Part shown: piece by piece, positions 15,566 to 20,000 of the stretch
Layout: every line of letters starts with the position of its first letter
How positions within the stretch are numbered: position 1 is the first letter of the stretch
Source: an uncultured virus (IMG/VR IMGVR_UViG_2846902752_000010)
Lineage: Duplodnaviria > Heunggongvirae > Uroviricota > Caudoviricetes
Direction: 5' to 3' (one strand)
Virus record (IMG/VR): IMGVR_UViG_2846902752_000010
DNA length: 20,000 nt
The notes under the pieces: generated by a model
Seen by the model: the letters and a program-made list of their open reading frames with translations, nothing else
Told to the model about the DNA's origin: nothing
Databases searched by the model: none
Translations under genes and position numbers: made by a program

Positions 15566-15883
15566 TTATATTTTCTGCTTCAGAATAGAATAGTAACAGT
15601 CTGATATCTTAATTAGATTAACTCCGGGGCGGACGCTGGATTCAACAACTTCCAAAACATCTTTATCAATCAAACGCTTTGCTGCTTTTTTATAAATTCT
15701 GATTTTCCTTTTTTTGTATTTTCCATTAAGAAAATATATCAGTAATGCGCGTTCTTCATCATCGAAATTTTTTATTACTTTGGGAGCTTTTATGAATCGA
15801 AAAATTACTTTTTTTATTAGCTCACTCATTATCTCTCCATAATCCATTGAACATCCGAATAATATTCTAGCATAAATTAACAT
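15566..15883 (-). CDS. Possible SieB-like superinfection exclusion protein (start uncertain)
   Basis: AT-rich and antisense downstream of N, like lambda/P22 sieB; 'FDDEERALLIYFL...AAKRLIDKDVL' resembles the SieB C-terminal region. Confidence 0.45.
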   Translation of the reverse strand: MLIYARILFGCSMDYGEIMSELIKKVIFRFIKAPKVIKNFDDEERALLIYFLNGKYKKRKIRIYKKAAKRLIDKDVLEVVESSVRPGVNLIKISDCYYSILKQKI

Positions 15884-15969
15884 ATGATTTTACTGAAATT
15901 TTAACTTTTCTCTCAATGCTGGAATAACTATTCGGACATCACATAGCACAGGGACGTGTATAGGAGGAA

Positions 15970-16128
15970 TTACCTCGGATAAAGGAAATATCCGATTACC
16001 GCAAGGAAGATAAAGACAACAACAGGAATCCCGATAGTTAATTTCAGATACCTGATGAATGACTTGGTTATAGCTTTTTCTACAGCTTTCTCAATGATCG
16101 TCTCAAGTTGTTCAGGGGTTAAATTCAT
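15970..16128 (-). CDS. 52-aa single-pass membrane protein (absent from the ORF track)
   Basis: SD AAGGAG; MNLTPEQLETIIEKAVEKAITKSFIRYLKLTIGIPVVVFIFLAVIGYFLYPR. Confidence 0.7.
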   Translation of the reverse strand: MNLTPEQLETIIEKAVEKAITKSFIRYLKLTIGIPVVVFIFLAVIGYFLYPR

Positions 16129-16434
16129 AACTGCTCTCCTTAGTTTTTCTAACTATATCCGGGGAGCGGACATTGTTCCAGAGTGAAATTATGCGCCATT
16201 AATTTATGGAAAAGGCAGTTGGAATATAACTGCCTTAATGTCCATCAGAAGGAAACAAACATAAATGAGACAGGAAGAAAAAGATACCGCCAGGAATGGT
16301 TGCTGTAATCAAAGGTAATAAAGCAAAAGCCTCAATAATCTGCTCCTCATTGTTATCACTAAATATATTTTAATCAGCATCAATAAAATTTCAATATATC
16401 CTTTATTTTTCAGGTATATCCGCAGGTAAACAAC

Positions 16435-16611
16435 ATGAAAACTAAACCTTGTCGCGCTGCGTGCGGTTCTGACGTGGCGTGCATCTCTATGCCATTTTTA
16501 CGCCTTGCCCGATGTGCGGCAAGGGTAGCGATATCCACCGGAAAGTCCCGCATTTGGGATCTGGCTAACCAATTACAGATGAGAGCTTACGGGAGAAAGA
16601 TATGTCGCTGA
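16435..16611 (+). CDS. Kil-like cell-division inhibitor (58 aa, absent from the ORF track)
   Basis: 'FLRLARCAARVAISTGKSRIWDLANQLQMRAYG' resembles the lambda Kil family and occupies the expected pL operon position. Confidence 0.55.
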   Translation: MKTKPCRAACGSDVACISMPFLRLARCAARVAISTGKSRIWDLANQLQMRAYGRKICR

Positions 16612-16778
16612 TGACTGCAAAACAAAAACACACCAAGGAACAGGTTATTGAGTTGTTCAATCAGGCTGACATGGATGAAAAGCAGATTGAGCAGATTGTG
16701 TCGGAGTGGCGTTGGCGCAGGGAGAACGCCAAAACAAGCCGCATTCTCCATCAGTGCAGAATGAGGCTACCGGCATGA
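16602..16778 (+). CDS. Hypothetical 58-aa protein (absent from the ORF track)
   Basis: SD GGGAG; MSLMTAKQKHTKEQVIELF...; ATGA overlap with the next gene. Confidence 0.65.
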   Translation: MSLMTAKQKHTKEQVIELFNQADMDEKQIEQIVSEWRWRRENAKTSRILHQCRMRLPA

Positions 16779-16939
16779 ACACATACACAATACAGGATGC
16801 TCAGGTAGAACGGCAACGGATTGCCGAACAGCGCAGGAAACGAGAGCAGAAAGAAAAGGATGATTACTGGTTTCGTGAAAGTGTCGGATTGCCAAACGGA
16901 CGGGTACCGGCAGAATTTTTAAGCGGAGAATTCACATGA
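16775..16939 (+). CDS. Hypothetical 54-aa protein
   Basis: MNTYTIQDAQVERQR...; ATGA coupling at both ends. Confidence 0.65.
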   Translation: MNTYTIQDAQVERQRIAEQRRKREQKEKDDYWFRESVGLPNGRVPAEFLSGEFT

Positions 16940-17298
16940 TGGAATATCCACGACGCATAGGGAAACCCGCAGGCTCCGGTGGAACGTATGAGGACAATTA
17001 TCAACGCGCCCTGAAATCAGCAATTGAGCAAATGGATTTGCAACGGCGGGGGAAACCGACCGGAGAGCCTTCACTGTCAGAGCAACGGGTGGCCGAGACA
17101 CTTTACAACATCTGCCGTATCACCGCCCTTCACTATCCCCCACTACCCGCAAACATCAAAGCAGCACGGAATGCTGCTGAGACACAGGCGTGGAGAGAAT
17201 GGAGGACTGAACATGGAAAAGCTACCGGTGTCGGTGGTGTTGATTATTACGGCGGTGGGCGTGCGGAATCACGCCCCGGCCAGAGATTGGGGGATTAA
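16936..17298 (+). CDS. Phage hypothetical protein
   Basis: 120-aa ORF, translationally coupled and directly before erf. Confidence 0.7.
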   Translation: MMEYPRRIGKPAGSGGTYEDNYQRALKSAIEQMDLQRRGKPTGEPSLSEQRVAETLYNICRITALHYPPLPANIKAARNAAETQAWREWRTEHGKATGVGGVDYYGGGRAESRPGQRLGD

Positions 17299-17300
17299 TC

Positions 17301-17915
17301 ATGTCTGAAGTCTATAAGGCAATAAGTGCCGTAGCCAAGGAACTGGCTGAGACAGGCATCAAAAAAGGGAGCAGGAATTCACAACAGGGGTTTATGTTCA
17401 GGGGGATCGACGCTGTATACAACGCCCTTGCCCCGGCGCTGGTTAAGCATGGCCTGATTATCCTTCCTCGCATTATGGAGCGTTCTGTCACGGAGCGACA
17501 GACACAAAAAGGCGGCACCTTATTTTATGTCGTGGTGAAGGCTGAGTTTGATTTCATTGCCACGAAAGACGGCAGCAAACACACAGTGACCACCTTTGGC
17601 GAAGCTATGGATAGCGGGGACAAGGCAACCAACAAAGCAATGTCTATCGCTTATAAATACGCAGCTTTCCAGGCATTTTGTATTCCTACCGAAGAAACTG
17701 CGATTGATGCTGACACAGAGGTTCACGATGTTGTTCCACGTAATCCAGAGCAGATTTTGGGTGACTATACCGAATTTCTTAATGTCACAAGTGACACAAA
17801 GACGATTGAGGCTGAATACAGGAAAGTATGGCGAATGCTGAACGGCAGCGACAAACAGGATGAATGTAAGCGCCTCACCGGCATCAGGATCAACGAACTT
17901 AAGCAGGCGGCATAA
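17301..17915 (+). CDS. erf: ERF-family single-strand annealing protein
   Basis: 'FRGIDAVYNAL.PAL.KHGL' and 'GEAMDSGDKATNKAMSIAYKYA..QAFCIPT'. Confidence 0.88.
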   Translation: MSEVYKAISAVAKELAETGIKKGSRNSQQGFMFRGIDAVYNALAPALVKHGLIILPRIMERSVTERQTQKGGTLFYVVVKAEFDFIATKDGSKHTVTTFGEAMDSGDKATNKAMSIAYKYAAFQAFCIPTEETAIDADTEVHDVVPRNPEQILGDYTEFLNVTSDTKTIEAEYRKVWRMLNGSDKQDECKRLTGIRINELKQAA

Positions 17916-18311
17916 ATGGCAATTAACGTGATTACTGTCAGCAGCAATCTCGGAAAGGATTGTGAGCAACGATGGACTCCGGCAGGGAAAGCCGTTGCAT
18001 CGTTTAGCCTACCGGTGAAACAGGGATATGGCGAGCACGAAAAGACATCGTGGGTTATCTGTAAAATGTTCGGCGCGAAAGCTGAGAAATTGCCAAAACA
18101 CCTGAAAAAAGGAATGAAGGTGACGGTTACTGGCGAGTTCATCATGGAGGAATGGACAGGTCAGGATGGCAATAAACGATCAGCGCCGGTGATTATCGTG
18201 AACCAGTTGGATTTCAGCAACAATCAGGCAGGAAGCCAGAAGCCGCAGACGCAGCAAGCTCCAGCACGGAATGAGCCACCGATGGATTTTGACTATGATG
18301 TTCCGTTTTAG
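17916..18311 (+). CDS. ssb: Single-stranded DNA-binding protein
   Basis: OB fold 'NLGKD.E.R.TP.G.AVA.F' with acidic tail 'MDFDYDVPF'. Confidence 0.95.
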   Translation: MAINVITVSSNLGKDCEQRWTPAGKAVASFSLPVKQGYGEHEKTSWVICKMFGAKAEKLPKHLKKGMKVTVTGEFIMEEWTGQDGNKRSAPVIIVNQLDFSNNQAGSQKPQTQQAPARNEPPMDFDYDVPF

Positions 18312-18561
18312 GATGAAGCGTAATGCAGGGATGATCAGGTAGACGAAAGCGTTAAGTTATAACACCACAGAAAGCAGAGAACGGACGCAGACGAATAGCA
18401 AGGGATTGCCTTACGGAATTAATGAAGCACACATCAGACGAACAACACACCGCAATACTCGACAAATACACACCGAAATTCAAACCACTTAATCACCCGT
18501 GCTTTCCTGAGAAGAAAGTGCCCGGGTATTACGTGCGTACGTTACAGCAGGAGGATGAAGT

Positions 18562-18990
18562 ATGGGGGTTGCAACTAAACCCACATTAACCAGAGGCAGA
18601 GCCCTAACTTTATATTGGCCGACCGTAGACGCCTACCCGATGGATAGCCGTGAAGCCTGTGCCTTCATGGGAATATCTTACCCTACCCTGAAAAAATGGA
18701 TTGATTCCGGCAGGCTTTCCGGCTCAAGAAAAGATCCGCTTAAGCCCAAATCGCCGTGGCAGTTTACCCGTGCAAATTGCATTGCAGCCATCAACTACAA
18801 AATGCACAATACGCCGGAAAGCGTGATTAGTGCGGAAGAGGAAAGGATATGTCAATCTTCCGGAGAGGCGAGATATGGTACGCCAGTTACTCGCACAATG
18901 GTAAAAGAATTAAGGAGTCGCTTGGTACAACGGACAAAAAACAAGCGCAGGAGTTGCATGATAAACGAAAGGCCGAGCTGTGGCGCGTAA
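18562..18990 (+). CDS. xis: Excisionase, P22 Xis-like (start uncertain)
   Basis: '[12 protein letters not shown]...WI.SGRL...RKDP.KPKSP...TR..CIAA' matches P22 Xis; long overlap with int as in P22. Confidence 0.85.
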   Translation: MGVATKPTLTRGRALTLYWPTVDAYPMDSREACAFMGISYPTLKKWIDSGRLSGSRKDPLKPKSPWQFTRANCIAAINYKMHNTPESVISAEEERICQSSGEARYGTPVTRTMVKELRSRLVQRTKNKRRSCMINERPSCGA

Positions 18991-20000
18991 ACTCACTGGG
19001 TGAAACTCCGAAGGTTACTTTTGAGGTTGCCTGTACGCGGTGGCTCGAGGAAAAATCAGGCAAAAAATCTCTTGATGATGATAAAACCAAAATACTGTTT
19101 TGGCTCGATCACTTTGAAGGGATGCACCTGGCAGATATTGATGAGATTAAAATCTATGATGCTGTCAGTAAGCTGAAAAATCAGAAGCTGAAAGAAAATT
19201 GGGAAAAGCATATTTCCGGCAGGAAGCGGCGTGCAGTCAGTAAAAAATCAGAGCCGGTTTCTGTAGCAACCAAATCTGCTTACCTGGCTTTCATCAAGTC
19301 ACTGCTCCGCGCCGCTGAACGCGACTGGAAGTATCTCGATAAAGCCCCGAATATCCGAGTGCCAAAACCGAAGAATAACCGGGTCCGATGGCTCGAGCCA
19401 CGGGAAGCAAAACGCCTGATCGATGAATGCAGTGAACCTCTTAAATCTGTTGTGACATTTGCTCTGGCTACCGGCCTGCGGCGCTCCAATATTATTAACC
19501 TGGAATGGTCACAAATAGATATGCCGAGAAAAGTAGCGTGGATTCCCCCGGATCAGACCAAATCAGGGAAAGCATTGGGTGTTGCTCTTAACGACACTGC
19601 GTGCCGCGTCCTGCGTGAGCAGATAGGCAATCACACAAAGTATGTTTTTGTGCATACGAAGGCTAAAAACAGATCTGACGGCTCAATGACTCCGGTTGTC
19701 AGAAAAATGCGCGTTGACGGTAATACTGCTTTCAGGACTGCACTTAAACGTGCCGGTATAGAAAACTTCCGTTTTCACGACCTTCGCCACACATGGGCGA
19801 GCTGGTTAATTCAGGCGGGAGTACCGCTGTCCGTATTGCAGGAAATGGGGGGATGGGAATCAATAGAAATGGTACGCCGGTATGCTCACCTGGCACCGGG
19901 TCATCTGAGCCAGCATGCGCAGCAAATCGATGCTGTTTTTGGTGAGGATGTCCCAAATATGTCCCACCCGACCCTGAGTGTGGTTGGTGAGCACAAATGA
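18849..20000 (+). CDS. int: Tyrosine integrase, P22-like
   Basis: '[13 protein letters not shown]', 'TGLRRSNI', '[14 protein letters not shown]' and 'GGW...MVRRYAHL'; complete, with stop at 19998-20000. Confidence 0.97.
   Translation: MSIFRRGEIWYASYSHNGKRIKESLGTTDKKQAQELHDKRKAELWRVNSLGETPKVTFEVACTRWLEEKSGKKSLDDDKTKILFWLDHFEGMHLADIDEIKIYDAVSKLKNQKLKENWEKHISGRKRRAVSKKSEPVSVATKSAYLAFIKSLLRAAERDWKYLDKAPNIRVPKPKNNRVRWLEPREAKRLIDECSEPLKSVVTFALATGLRRSNIINLEWSQIDMPRKVAWIPPDQTKSGKALGVALNDTACRVLREQIGNHTKYVFVHTKAKNRSDGSMTPVVRKMRVDGNTAFRTALKRAGIENFRFHDLRHTWASWLIQAGVPLSVLQEMGGWESIEMVRRYAHLAPGHLSQHAQQIDAVFGEDVPNMSHPTLSVVGEHK

Noticed and set aside
18849..18990. Long xis/int out-of-frame overlap as a novelty
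   Set aside because: The same arrangement is known in P22.

Overview
The window is about half of a P22/lambda-like prophage from an enterobacterium (Morganellaceae-like, by inference). Read right to left it contains int-xis, ssb/erf recombination genes, kil, N with nutL, the immunity region (pL/OL, DUF3024, cI, OR, cro, nutR, cII, LexA-controlled oop), O with iterons, a DnaC-like loader, nin genes, Q and pR'/tR', and finally the holin and the start of a SAR endolysin. About 6.7 kb of accessory (moron) DNA lies between tR' and the holin. It holds (i) a DUF3800 gene followed at once by a ~100-nt structured, pseudoknotted candidate ncRNA, the best candidate for an undescribed protein+RNA system; (ii) a cold-shock module (cspA-type promoter, Csp, YmcF-like peptide, LpxP-like lipid A acyltransferase, Sel1 protein); (iii) a sigma32-driven Hsp20 divergent from a Usp; (iv) three copies of a palindromic repeat at cassette junctions; and (v) a decayed DNA methyltransferase. 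A second Usp and a tRNA-Lys(CTT)/tRNA-Gly(TCC) pair are inserted antisense in the nin region. All family calls come from motif recognition by eye; no database searches were run.
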